A DNA stretch of 28,360 bases. Source: Alphaproteobacteria bacterium. Its GTDB lineage: Bacteria > Pseudomonadota > Alphaproteobacteria > RUG11792. The DNA lies in the NCBI GenBank assembly GCA_017450545.1, contig JAFSTL010000082.1:1-28360 (forward strand), written 5' to 3'. The translations under genes were made by a program, and so were the position numbers. Shown piece by piece: positions 20,419 to 28,360 of this stretch; position 1 is the stretch's first letter; the number at the start of each line of letters is the position of its first letter. The notes below the pieces were generated by a model. It saw only the letters and a program-made list of their open reading frames with translations, searched no databases and was not told where the DNA came from.

Positions 20419-22200
20419 CTATTCAACTGTCACGGATTTTGCGAGGTTGCGTGGTTTGTCGACGTCGTATCCTTTCGATTTAGCAGTGTAGTAGGCCAAC
20501 AAGTGAATCAATGTCGTCAGGGCGAATGGATAATATTTATCCTCGTTTTGCTTTAAAAATACACACTCAATATTTGCATTATTTTTGAACATGCCCAACG
20601 ATGCCGTTGCATCCTCAGTCGTGATAAGCAATACTTTTCCATCCCGAGCTAAAATTTCTTGCGTATTGGATATAGTCTTTTCAAAATATTGATCAAATGG
20701 AGCTAATGCAATCGTAAACACATCTTCATCAATTATTGCTATAGGTCCATGCTTCAATTCACCAGACGGATACCCTTCTGCACTAACGTATGTCAATTCT
20801 TTTATTTTTAGTGCACCTTCGAGCGCTATCGGATAACTCGTTCCACGACCAATATAAAAGAAACTTCGCCCTCCAGCCAACTTTTTGGCAATCCTAGCAA
20901 AATCAAAACCAGCATTTAAAACAGAATTTATTGCTTTTTCTATTGCATCAATATTTATGTTCTCTTTTCCGATAAACATAATCAAAATCGATAAAATTTG
21001 TGCTATAAATGCTTTCGTCGAGGCGACCCCAATCTCAACCCCTGCTTCAGTTTTTATAACATAATCGGCTTCTCTTGCAATTGATGACGAATCTACGTTA
21101 ACTAACGCCATAGTTTTCATTCCGTTTTCTTTAACAAGTCGCATCGCACAAAGGGTGTCGATTGTTTCGCCAGATTGACTTATAAAAATATACAGCGAAT
21201 TCTTCCTTAAGACTGCATTTCTATACCGGAACTCTGATGCTATTTCAACATCAACTGGAATTTTGGCATATTTTTCTATCCAGTATTTTGCCAGAACTCC
21301 TGCATAAAATGAAGTTCCACAGGCAATAATTGAAACATTGTCAAATTTAGAAACGTCAATGTCATATTTATAACTGTCGTATGTGCGCCGCGCAACTATA
21401 GCTTCTTCATAAATTTCTTTCAACATAAACGTTTCATATCCGCTTTTTGACATGTCGGTTAATGAAACTTTGTTTAAAACTTTTTGCCGATTTACAATAT
21501 TGTTTTGCATATCAAATATAGTATACGATATTTGTTCACCTTTTGTGACAACAACAATATCGCCTTCTTCAAGGTATGTTAATTCATCCGCTAATGTCGA
21601 AAGAGCAACTGCATCGGAAGCTATATAAGCGCTTTTTTTGTCAGGACTAATCCCGACAGCCATTGGAGAACCCTTTTTTGCCCCAAGCAAAGTGTCAGGG
21701 GATTTTTCATAAATTGCCACGATTGCGAATGTACCAATAAGTTCGCCGATAGAATGCTTAAACGCATCCACGAAATTTTTCCCTGATTTTATATGGCTCG
21801 CTGTGAGTTTTGCGACAACTTCGGTATCCGTCTCGCTTTCAAACTTATATCCCTCAGAAACCAATTTTTGGCGCAACTCTTGGTAATTCTCAATAATGCC
21901 GTTGTGAACTATGGCAACACCGTCAGCAACGTGAGGATGAGCATTAAATTCGGTTACCTTGCCATGCGTAGCCCAGCGCGTATGTCCAATGCCGATACAT
22001 GAATTTATATTGCTTTTTTCAACAGCATTTCGTAAATATTGCACTTTCCCAACAGTTCTTATCCGTTGCAATTGAGAATTTTCATCCAAATACGCAATAC
22101 CGGCAGAGTCATACCCTCTGTATTCTAATCTGCTGAGTGCAGAAATGAGCGAATCGGAAACATTATTTTCATAACTTAAAGCGGAGATTATCCCACACAT
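20419..22200 (-). CDS. glmS: Glutamine--fructose-6-phosphate aminotransferase (isomerizing)
   Basis: True start MCGII at 22200 (Ntn Cys). Motifs LEYRGYDSAG, GHTRWATHG, SQSGET, ELKHGP and terminal DVDKPRNLAKSVTVE. Confidence 0.98.
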   Translation of the reverse strand: MCGIISALSYENNVSDSLISALSRLEYRGYDSAGIAYLDENSQLQRIRTVGKVQYLRNAVEKSNINSCIGIGHTRWATHGKVTEFNAHPHVADGVAIVHNGIIENYQELRQKLVSEGYKFESETDTEVVAKLTASHIKSGKNFVDAFKHSIGELIGTFAIVAIYEKSPDTLLGAKKGSPMAVGISPDKKSAYIASDAVALSTLADELTYLEEGDIVVVTKGEQISYTIFDMQNNIVNRQKVLNKVSLTDMSKSGYETFMLKEIYEEAIVARRTYDSYKYDIDVSKFDNVSIIACGTSFYAGVLAKYWIEKYAKIPVDVEIASEFRYRNAVLRKNSLYIFISQSGETIDTLCAMRLVKENGMKTMALVNVDSSSIAREADYVIKTEAGVEIGVASTKAFIAQILSILIMFIGKENINIDAIEKAINSVLNAGFDFARIAKKLAGGRSFFYIGRGTSYPIALEGALKIKELTYVSAEGYPSGELKHGPIAIIDEDVFTIALAPFDQYFEKTISNTQEILARDGKVLLITTEDATASLGMFKNNANIECVFLKQNEDKYYPFALTTLIHLLAYYTAKSKGYDVDKPRNLAKSVTVE

Positions 22201-22301
22201 AGCTAAAACCAATTAATAAAATTTCTTTCAGATTATTACACAAGGATTTGCAATGTTGCTATTACGAATTGTTACAACACCCCCGCCATCGCATCGGCGC
22301 A

Positions 22302-22634
22302 TTAGTTAACGGAAAGTGTTATTGTGTCTCCATCACTTGTCGTTATAGTGACTTCACTTTCCGATACTTCATCTATTGAAAAATTTTCATGTTGCCCAAT
22401 CTCCGAATACGGTTTGCCATTGATCCAAATCGTCCAGTTTTGCTCATCGACAAAAAATATTCCAGAAAGCTTTAAATTCGATGTTTGCTCCGTATCATTT
22501 GTATTGCTCTGTTTCGCTAAAGACAACGCTTTTATTGAATCTTCATCATTCATGAAAAATGATGTCGTTTCTTCTGGCATAGCAACAGAATTTAGCATAA
22601 TTCCGCTAATTATAATTTTTGAAAAATTTTGCAT
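22302..22634 (-). CDS. Hypothetical exported protein, possibly PilP/GspC(HR)-like
   Basis: 110 aa with a strong SD (GGAGGTG). Signal-like N-terminus and beta-rich C-terminus LKLSGIFFVDEQNWTIWING...SIDEVSESEVTI. Coding is well supported; the function is inferred. Confidence 0.55.
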   Translation of the reverse strand: MQNFSKIIISGIMLNSVAMPEETTSFFMNDEDSIKALSLAKQSNTNDTEQTSNLKLSGIFFVDEQNWTIWINGKPYSEIGQHENFSIDEVSESEVTITTSDGDTITLSVN

Positions 22635-23152
22635 GTCACCTCCAATTTTATAATGGGCTTATGAGTTATTTTCCTCGCAAACTTGTCAATATTTATCGAA
22701 ATTATATCAACAAATCCTGGGGAAAAATTTTGAATTTTGTCAAGAAAATCAAATATAAACACATCATGCCAAAAAATTCCCGATATCTTCATTGTTTTCA
22801 CAGATATTTTATCGATTTTTGTTTCAGATATATGTTTTATATCGGTTAGTTTTGCATAAGTTTCCTGAAATATACGTCGCATATACTTATTTATATCATT
22901 AGATTTGCCGTTAAAACTATGTTTTTGAATAAACTCCCATTTTTCTTTGTTTGATACAATATCAATAACGGGATTCATTTCAATTTGATTGTGATGATAT
23001 TGCTCTTCTTTTTCACTTTTATAAATATTTGTTATTACAGATAGCAGCACGCTGCTTAAAACTAAACAAGCTTTTCTTTTGCTCTTTGCAATAAGATTTG
23101 ACTTTATGAAATTTATGATTTTTGCAAAATTAATATGTATAATTTTTTTCAT
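22610..23152 (-). CDS. Hypothetical bitopic membrane protein, possibly PilO/GspM-like
   Basis: 180 aa: basic N-tail, one hydrophobic segment (ACLVLSSVLLSVIT), and a C-terminal beta-alpha-beta-beta pattern (MKISG...DVFIFDFLDKIQ..PGFVDIISINIDK...IKLEVTC). ATGA overlap with the upstream gene. Confidence 0.5.
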   Translation of the reverse strand: MKKIIHINFAKIINFIKSNLIAKSKRKACLVLSSVLLSVITNIYKSEKEEQYHHNQIEMNPVIDIVSNKEKWEFIQKHSFNGKSNDINKYMRRIFQETYAKLTDIKHISETKIDKISVKTMKISGIFWHDVFIFDFLDKIQNFSPGFVDIISINIDKFARKITHKPIIKLEVTCKIFQKL

Positions 23153-24279
23153 TTTTCGTCATACACAGGTTGAAAGGTAATTTGTTCATTTTTTTGATTA
23201 ACTTCTATTGAAACATTTTGCAATTTTTTATCTATTCCGCGCATTTTCTCAGCAAATTTGGTTCTAAAGTTAATATGAGAAAAACTTGTTTGCGAGGATA
23301 AGTTTGACCATATATCAATATCATCCAATATCTGTGAATCAAATGCATTTAATGCATCATTCATTTTGGTTATTTCTTGTTTATATTTTGTAATATGTCC
23401 AATATCTATGAGTGTTTTTATAAAACATAATGACATAATTAATAAACAAATGGAATTTAATGCTCGGCGGAAAAGCTGCTGTTCTCTATCAATAACAAAA
23501 TCGTCTAAAGAAGAAATTATTTGCATAGTAATATCTGAGCTTGTCGTAAACGTATCTAATGTTTCCTCATCAAATGAATAAATCGCAATATCGTCTAAAT
23601 TTACATTAAAAATCTGCTTGATATATTTTATAACATCGTTGACTTCATTGGTTTCATCAAAATTATTGTCAGTAGATTTTTTATAAAAAACATGTTTATC
23701 ATCATGTAGTGCTATCACTTCTTGCCATATTGATGTTGTTACAACGAAAATTTGCGCTTTAAATTTTCTCTTTTCGGATGGATGTTCTCTAAAATAATTT
23801 GTTACAACCCAAAATGGACTTGCGATTATCGTGTTAACTGGATTTCCAATATTGATTATTTCGTGCAAAATTGTGGATAAAACAGGACTGAGTTTCATAT
23901 CGCAAAACAGAGCAATTCCATTTCGATAAGTGAGCTTTTTTTCGTATAGCGCAAAATTTACTCCATTTCGTTTTTCAAAAAATATATTTTTTGCTAACGT
24001 TTCAATATCATTTTTACATAAATTATCCAAAATAATAGAGCGGCATGAAATTGTTTTATTTGAAATAATGATCTCCAACGGCAATCTTGCACGGCTATTT
24101 ATCTGGTTATAAACTTGCATTTTTCCCATAAAATCAAAGTTATTTTTATAAATAATTTTATTATTCAGAATGTGCATCAGAAATATAGTGCTGTCTGAAA
24201 TAAATACTCTTAAAAATTCGTCTAATGTCTTTCTCTTAAAAAGATGAGTAAGCTTACCCATACTGCAACTGCTCTTCAA
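23149..24279 (-). CDS. Hypothetical protein, possibly PilM/GspL-like cytoplasmic domain plus C-terminal TM and coiled segment
   Basis: 376 aa from TTG (alternative ATG at 24261). Large soluble N-domain (LEIIISNKTISCRSIIL..), TM at ALNSICLLIMSLCFI, then a short periplasmic tail. Confidence 0.5.
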   Translation of the reverse strand: MKSSCSMGKLTHLFKRKTLDEFLRVFISDSTIFLMHILNNKIIYKNNFDFMGKMQVYNQINSRARLPLEIIISNKTISCRSIILDNLCKNDIETLAKNIFFEKRNGVNFALYEKKLTYRNGIALFCDMKLSPVLSTILHEIINIGNPVNTIIASPFWVVTNYFREHPSEKRKFKAQIFVVTTSIWQEVIALHDDKHVFYKKSTDNNFDETNEVNDVIKYIKQIFNVNLDDIAIYSFDEETLDTFTTSSDITMQIISSLDDFVIDREQQLFRRALNSICLLIMSLCFIKTLIDIGHITKYKQEITKMNDALNAFDSQILDDIDIWSNLSSQTSFSHINFRTKFAEKMRGIDKKLQNVSIEVNQKNEQITFQPVYDEK

Positions 24280-24310
24280 TCCATCCCAAGTTCAGGTTCC
24301 AACATAAGCG

Positions 24311-24326
24311 GTTAAGTAATCGTTAA
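24311..24326 (-). promoter_or_regulatory. Putative CtrA-binding box TTAA-N7-TTAAC
   Basis: Minus strand TTAACGATTACTTAAC is a perfect match to the established CtrA consensus, intergenic and upstream of the three-gene cassette. Confidence 0.5.
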
Positions 24327-24382
24327 TTTCTGAAATATTTTTCCATCCCCCACAAAAAAACAGACATAAGTCCCCCTGATTT

Positions 24383-24411
24383 ATGCTACAATAATCTGTT
24401 TGCTAATTCAA
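24383..24411 (-). promoter_or_regulatory. Putative sigma70 promoter of the three-gene cassette
   Basis: TTGAAT (24411-24406), 17-nt spacer, TAGCAT (24388-24383). Confidence 0.4.
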
Positions 24412-24420
24412 AAATCTTTG

Positions 24421-24448
24421 TGAGGCTTACACATCTTTATAAGCCTCA
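24421..24448 (-). terminator. Probable dps terminator
   Basis: Perfect 9-bp IR TGAGGCTTA/TAAGCCTCA starting 9 nt after the dps stop, with a T-rich stretch further downstream on the minus strand. Confidence 0.5.
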
Positions 24449-24456
24449 GCAGTGAA

Positions 24457-24918
24457 CTATTTTTGCACTAAAGTTGACTTTATCATCCAAATAGTCTTCT
24501 CGTGGAATGACAATCGACCATTCAAGACATCAATAGTCCCAAAATCTTCACTTTCTGAAAGTTTTTTTATTCCATTGATGATATCTGTGCGTATTGCTTC
24601 GTGCGCTTTCAGCAACTCTTCCAACATCGCTGTTTGATTAGTCGCCTCAACTTCTTCAGTAAATGACGCTAATTTCGAAAATTCTGCAAACGTCGCTGGT
24701 GATTTTCCACCAACCATCCTGATGCGTTCCGCAATAACATCAACGGCAACCATCAAGTTTTCGTAGTGTCCCTCAGTCATAAGATGTATATCCCTAAAGT
24801 GATTACCCTCGATATTCCAATGGACACTCTGCGTTTTCATCAAAAGAACGTATGAATCAGCCAAAATTTTCGATAAAACCTCAACAGATTCATTAGATTT
24901 GCTTGAAAAAAGAGACAT
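24457..24918 (-). CDS. dps: Dps family DNA starvation/stationary-phase protection ferritin
   Basis: HWNIEG..FRDIH...E...VDVIAERI ferroxidase signature, 153 aa. Confidence 0.95.
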   Translation of the reverse strand: MSLFSSKSNESVEVLSKILADSYVLLMKTQSVHWNIEGNHFRDIHLMTEGHYENLMVAVDVIAERIRMVGGKSPATFAEFSKLASFTEEVEATNQTAMLEELLKAHEAIRTDIINGIKKLSESEDFGTIDVLNGRLSFHEKTIWMIKSTLVQK

Positions 24919-24963
24919 TGCTCGTCCCCAAAAAAACGATTCGATACAACCATTTTATCGCAA

Positions 24964-24992
24964 ATTTTAGATAACCCCAAGACAAATCGCAA
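24964..24992 (-). promoter_or_regulatory. Putative sigma70 promoter of dps
   Basis: TTGCGA (24992-24987), 17-nt spacer, TAAAAT (24969-24964). Confidence 0.45.
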
Positions 24993-25014
24993 ACGATGAA
25001 ATCATGTTTGCGAT
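24986..25014. terminator. Inverted repeat after valS (terminator or operator)
   Basis: ATCGCAAAC (24986-24994) / GTTTGCGAT (25006-25014), extendable by ATGA/TCAT, and followed by TTGTCTT on the minus strand. Confidence 0.4.
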
Positions 25015-25042
25015 GTAAATTCACGTGTTATATCCAATTAAA

Positions 25043-27337
25043 CTAGACCATCTGGGCGAATTTCGCAGAAATCGCAGTTAGTTCACCCTTAAGAGTCAAG
25101 TACTTCTCGCTATTTTCTCCATTTGCATGCTTCTCTGCTCGTAGCTCATGCACAAGCTCGCGAACCTCATCAGTTTCACGGACATCCTCAAGATTCACAT
25201 TTATATCACTCAAATCACAACCTTTTTCTGTAACAAATGTTTCACAAATCCCAAGCGCATTTGCTAAGTGATCTGTTACGAATGGGATGAATGGATTTGC
25301 TATTCGTAAAAACTCAGCAAATACAGCACCTGCCACATCCTTTGTCTCTTGGTCATCTTGAAATTTCATAGCTTCAATGAAAAAGTCGCATAACAAATCA
25401 CGCAAGAAAAATTGAATATTTCGCGTTGCATAATCAAAACGATACTCAACCATATTCTGGTCAATTTCATTTCTAAAGTTTATTAACTTAGCGACAATCC
25501 AGTGAGTTAATTTTGTTGATAGCTTGATATCTGTTATCTTTTTCTCAAAAGTCACGCCTTTCATTTGCAAAAATCGCGCAGCATTCCAAATTTTTGTGAT
25601 GAAGTTTCTGGCAATCTTTATCTGGTCTTTTCCGAGCTTTATGTCACGCCCAGGAACTGATAAAAACGCCAAAGAAAACCGCAGAGCATCAGCGCCAAAT
25701 TCACCCTTTATTTCCAATGGATCGATTACGTTACCCTTCGATTTTGACATCTTCTGTCCTTTATCATCCCGAACCAGTGCATGTATATATATGTCCTTGA
25801 ATGGTGGTTGTTTCATAAAATACAGCCCCATCATCATCATACGTGACACCCAGAAAAAGATAATGTCGAATCCGGTCACGAGTGTTGAAGTTGGATAATA
25901 CTTCTCTAATCGTTCTGTTTTCTCAGGCCAGCCAAGAGTAGCAAAAGACCAAAGCCCAGATGAAAACCAGGTGTCTAAAACGTCGGTCTCTCGTCTTAAT
26001 TGCTCTTTTGTAAAGCCTTTTTTCGCAGCTTCAGCAACAGCCTCTTCTTCTGTTCTTTCAACGAAAATCTCACCATTTGGTGCATACCATGCCGGTATTT
26101 GATGTCCCCATATTATTTGTCTTGAAATACACCATGGCTCTATATTCCTCATCCAATCAAAATATGTGTTTTTCCATTTCTCTGGGAAAAACCGCACCTC
26201 ACCACTCTCCACAACTTCGATAGCTCTCTTTGCTAGAGGTTTTGTATCAACAAACCACTGGTCAGTTAGTCTAGGCTCTATAACGGTTCCAGACCTGTCC
26301 CCATATGGGACTGTATGGACTATCTCTTCCTCTTTAACCAAAAAACCATCTTCCCTTAACTTTTCCAGCAAAATCTTTCTAGCTTTTTTGAGATACAATC
26401 CTTGAACAAATTCCGGCACATTTTTGTCACATACCATATGTCCATTTTCATCTAGTACTGTTATCATTTCAAGATCGTGACGTTTTCCGACTGCAAAGTC
26501 GTCATAGTCATGTGCTGGCGTTATTTTCACGCACCCTGTGCCTTTTTCCATATCCGCGTGCTCATCCGCTATAATGCCTATCAACCGATTTGTATATGGA
26601 ATTTTCGCTCGTTTCCCAACAAGGTGCTTATATCTTTCGTCGTTAGGATGAACTGCAATCGCAGTATCTCCAAACATAGTCTCAGGACGTGTTGTTGCAA
26701 TAGTAATAAAGTCATCACTTCCTTCAATCTGGTAATTGATATGCCAAAGCATACCTTTCTCCTCTTTATTCACGACCTCTAAATCAGAAATAGCTGTCCG
26801 GAACTTCGTGTCCCAATTGACTAATTTCTTCGCCCTGAAAATCAATCCATCTTTGTATAAAGTAACAAAAGCCTCAATCACTGCCTTGGAAAAGCCTTCA
26901 TCCATCGTAAATCTGGAATAATCCCACGGCACAGAACATCCCAAGGCTTTCTGCTGTTCAAAAATTCGTCCCCCAGATTTTGCTTTCCATTCCCAAATTT
27001 TTTCAATCAATTCATCACGTGACAGCGATTTTACATCGACGCCCAGGGCTTCTAATTCTCGCGATACAACCATTTGTGTCACAATCCCCGCATGATCCAT
27101 CCCAGGTTGCCAAAGTGTGTCATACCCCTTCTGCCGGTAATACCTGACCAATATATCTTGAATAGTATAATTTAGCGCATGACCAACATGTAGGCTCCCA
27201 GTGACATTAGGCGGAGGCATCAAAATCGTAAAAATTTTATCAGCATTATTTGGATAAAATTTATCCATAGTTGCTTCATAAACTTCTTTCTCAAACTGCG
27301 AAGGATTGTATGTTTTTTCTAGAATCTGTGATGCCAT
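25043..27337 (-). CDS. valS: Valine--tRNA ligase (short form, 764 aa)
   Basis: PPPNVTGSLHVGH, PGMDHAGI, editing-domain ATTRPET, WCISRQIIWGHQIP, DVLDTWFSS and GQKMSKSKGN. Confidence 0.97.
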   Translation of the reverse strand: MASQILEKTYNPSQFEKEVYEATMDKFYPNNADKIFTILMPPPNVTGSLHVGHALNYTIQDILVRYYRQKGYDTLWQPGMDHAGIVTQMVVSRELEALGVDVKSLSRDELIEKIWEWKAKSGGRIFEQQKALGCSVPWDYSRFTMDEGFSKAVIEAFVTLYKDGLIFRAKKLVNWDTKFRTAISDLEVVNKEEKGMLWHINYQIEGSDDFITIATTRPETMFGDTAIAVHPNDERYKHLVGKRAKIPYTNRLIGIIADEHADMEKGTGCVKITPAHDYDDFAVGKRHDLEMITVLDENGHMVCDKNVPEFVQGLYLKKARKILLEKLREDGFLVKEEEIVHTVPYGDRSGTVIEPRLTDQWFVDTKPLAKRAIEVVESGEVRFFPEKWKNTYFDWMRNIEPWCISRQIIWGHQIPAWYAPNGEIFVERTEEEAVAEAAKKGFTKEQLRRETDVLDTWFSSGLWSFATLGWPEKTERLEKYYPTSTLVTGFDIIFFWVSRMMMMGLYFMKQPPFKDIYIHALVRDDKGQKMSKSKGNVIDPLEIKGEFGADALRFSLAFLSVPGRDIKLGKDQIKIARNFITKIWNAARFLQMKGVTFEKKITDIKLSTKLTHWIVAKLINFRNEIDQNMVEYRFDYATRNIQFFLRDLLCDFFIEAMKFQDDQETKDVAGAVFAEFLRIANPFIPFVTDHLANALGICETFVTEKGCDLSDINVNLEDVRETDEVRELVHELRAEKHANGENSEKYLTLKGELTAISAKFAQMV

Positions 27338-27368
27338 TTTGGTATTGGTAACTGCGCAAACCTACTAT

Positions 27369-28160
27369 TCATTTTATCACATCCCCGTTCTCGCGCAAAG
27401 CCTCATTTATGCTTGTTTTTGAATGAGTTTTTTCATCGAGATATTTAATGATTACTGCGCACTTGATACCTATTCCATTTTTACTTGAATAATTTCCAGC
27501 AACAACAACCGCATTAGATGGTATCTCCCCACACGTCACTCGTCCACTTTCCCGGTCGATCACCTTTGTTCCGGAAGTTAACATCACACCGGCAGAAATA
27601 ACTGCGCCTTCATGCACTATTACCCCCTCCAGAACCGCACTGTGTACGCCTATAAAACAGTTGTCTTCGATGATTACAGGTCGTGCACTCGCTGGTTCCA
27701 GAACGCCACCAATTACTGCACTTGCCGCAATGTGACAACTTTTCCCAATCTGCGCGCACGAACCAATTGATGCGTTAATATCAACCATCGTTTTTGCCCC
27801 TATATACGCACCTATATTTATAAAGCACGGCATTATTACAGCATTATCACCAATATATACACCTTCTCTAATTATTGCGCCAGGTACTTTCCTATATCTC
27901 GGGTTTTCGTAATCATATTTAAGTAATCCAAGTTTATCATAACTATCCATCACTTGTTGCGTTGGCTTTTTCTCTTTTAATGCAAGCAATATAGCTTCTT
28001 TGACCCACTCGCGCACTTGCCATTCACCGCTAGCTTTGTCTGCAACACGAATTTCACCACGTTCCAACAAGCTCAAAACTTCTGATATTAAATCATCTAT
28101 TTTATTCCCGGACACATTACCATTGATATATTCAGATATTCTTTCTTGTATATTAGCCAT
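27369..28160 (-). CDS. dapD: 2,3,4,5-tetrahydropyridine-2,6-dicarboxylate N-succinyltransferase
   Basis: WVKEAILL, hexapeptide repeats, FINIGAYIG..TMVD, GSCAQIGK, IGGVLEP..A.PVIIEDNCFIG and C-terminal SKTSINEALR. Confidence 0.93.
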   Translation of the reverse strand: MANIQERISEYINGNVSGNKIDDLISEVLSLLERGEIRVADKASGEWQVREWVKEAILLALKEKKPTQQVMDSYDKLGLLKYDYENPRYRKVPGAIIREGVYIGDNAVIMPCFINIGAYIGAKTMVDINASIGSCAQIGKSCHIAASAVIGGVLEPASARPVIIEDNCFIGVHSAVLEGVIVHEGAVISAGVMLTSGTKVIDRESGRVTCGEIPSNAVVVAGNYSSKNGIGIKCAVIIKYLDEKTHSKTSINEALRENGDVIK

Positions 28161-28189
28161 ACACTTCAGACAAATAATCGCACTTTATC

Positions 28190-28198
28190 ATACTACCA
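28190..28198 (-). promoter_or_regulatory. Possible extended -10 element upstream of dapD
   Basis: TGGTAGTAT about 30 nt upstream of the dapD ATG. No convincing -35. Confidence 0.3.
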
Positions 28199-28295
28199 CA
28201 CATTCAAACAATTTCTCCAAATGTTGCATTTAGGCTATTAGTTGGAAAGATTTTCCTTTAAACTGAAGGGACAAATTTGGTTTGTTTGAGATTTT

Positions 28296-28360
28296 GTGTT
28301 GATATCTCCGGAAGAAATCAAATCACGAATGAATGAATATACCGATATTGTCGATTATGC
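28296..28360 (+). CDS. Possible 5' end of a plus-strand gene running off the window
   Basis: Open frame from GTG 28296/TTG 28299: (M)LISPEEIKSRMNEYTDIVDYA. It looks protein-like but is too short to identify. Confidence 0.3.
   Translation, partial: MLISPEEIKSRMNEYTDIVDY

Noticed and set aside
22201-22301. glmS ribozyme or riboswitch upstream of glmS
   Set aside because: The gap is only about 100 nt, AT-rich and lacks the conserved core; that ribozyme is mainly found in Firmicutes.
23872-23880. Perfect DnaA box (TGTGGATAA)
   Set aside because: A single copy inside a CDS with no cluster or AT-rich unwinding element; expected by chance.
24280-24360. Possible TGA read-through or alternative genetic code extending the 376-aa ORF upstream
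   Set aside because: TGA is clearly a stop elsewhere (prfA, ftsQ, GT25-1), TGG encodes the conserved Trp residues, and the extension has no start codon or motif.
1-28360. CRISPR arrays, tRNA/rRNA genes, IS elements, prophage or integrase genes
   Set aside because: No spaced direct repeats, cloverleafs, rRNA signatures, terminal inverted repeats or mobile-element proteins were seen. Intergenic gaps are all under 180 nt and explained by regulatory elements.

Overview
AT-rich, gene-dense bacterial core-genome window in standard genetic code 11 (TGA is used as a stop, TGG as Trp). Protein features suggest an alphaproteobacterium, plausibly a reduced host-associated Holosporales/Rickettsiales-like lineage; this is an inference and no search was run. 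The left end carries the 5' part of carD (-) divergent from murF-mraY (+). Everything from 2665 to 28160 is on the minus strand. In transcription order: dapD, valS (C-terminally short), dps, a three-gene hypothetical cassette resembling a PilM/PilO/PilP (T4P/T2SS) alignment complex, glmS, secE-nusG-rplK-rplA-rplJ-rplL-rpoB-rpoC, ruvX/yqgF, an orphan MotA/ExbB-like channel protein, prfA, ftsQ and three tandem GT25 glycosyltransferases. No tRNA, rRNA, CRISPR array, IS element or phage gene is visible. The most interesting items are: (i) the PilMOP-like cassette with a perfect CtrA box upstream; (ii) the GT25 triplet with unusual N-terminal signal-anchors; (iii) the partnerless MotA/ZorA-like protein; (iv) a non-canonical RpoB rifampicin-binding motif; (v) a ValRS that appears to lack its coiled-coil arm. 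All functional calls come from motif recognition by eye.
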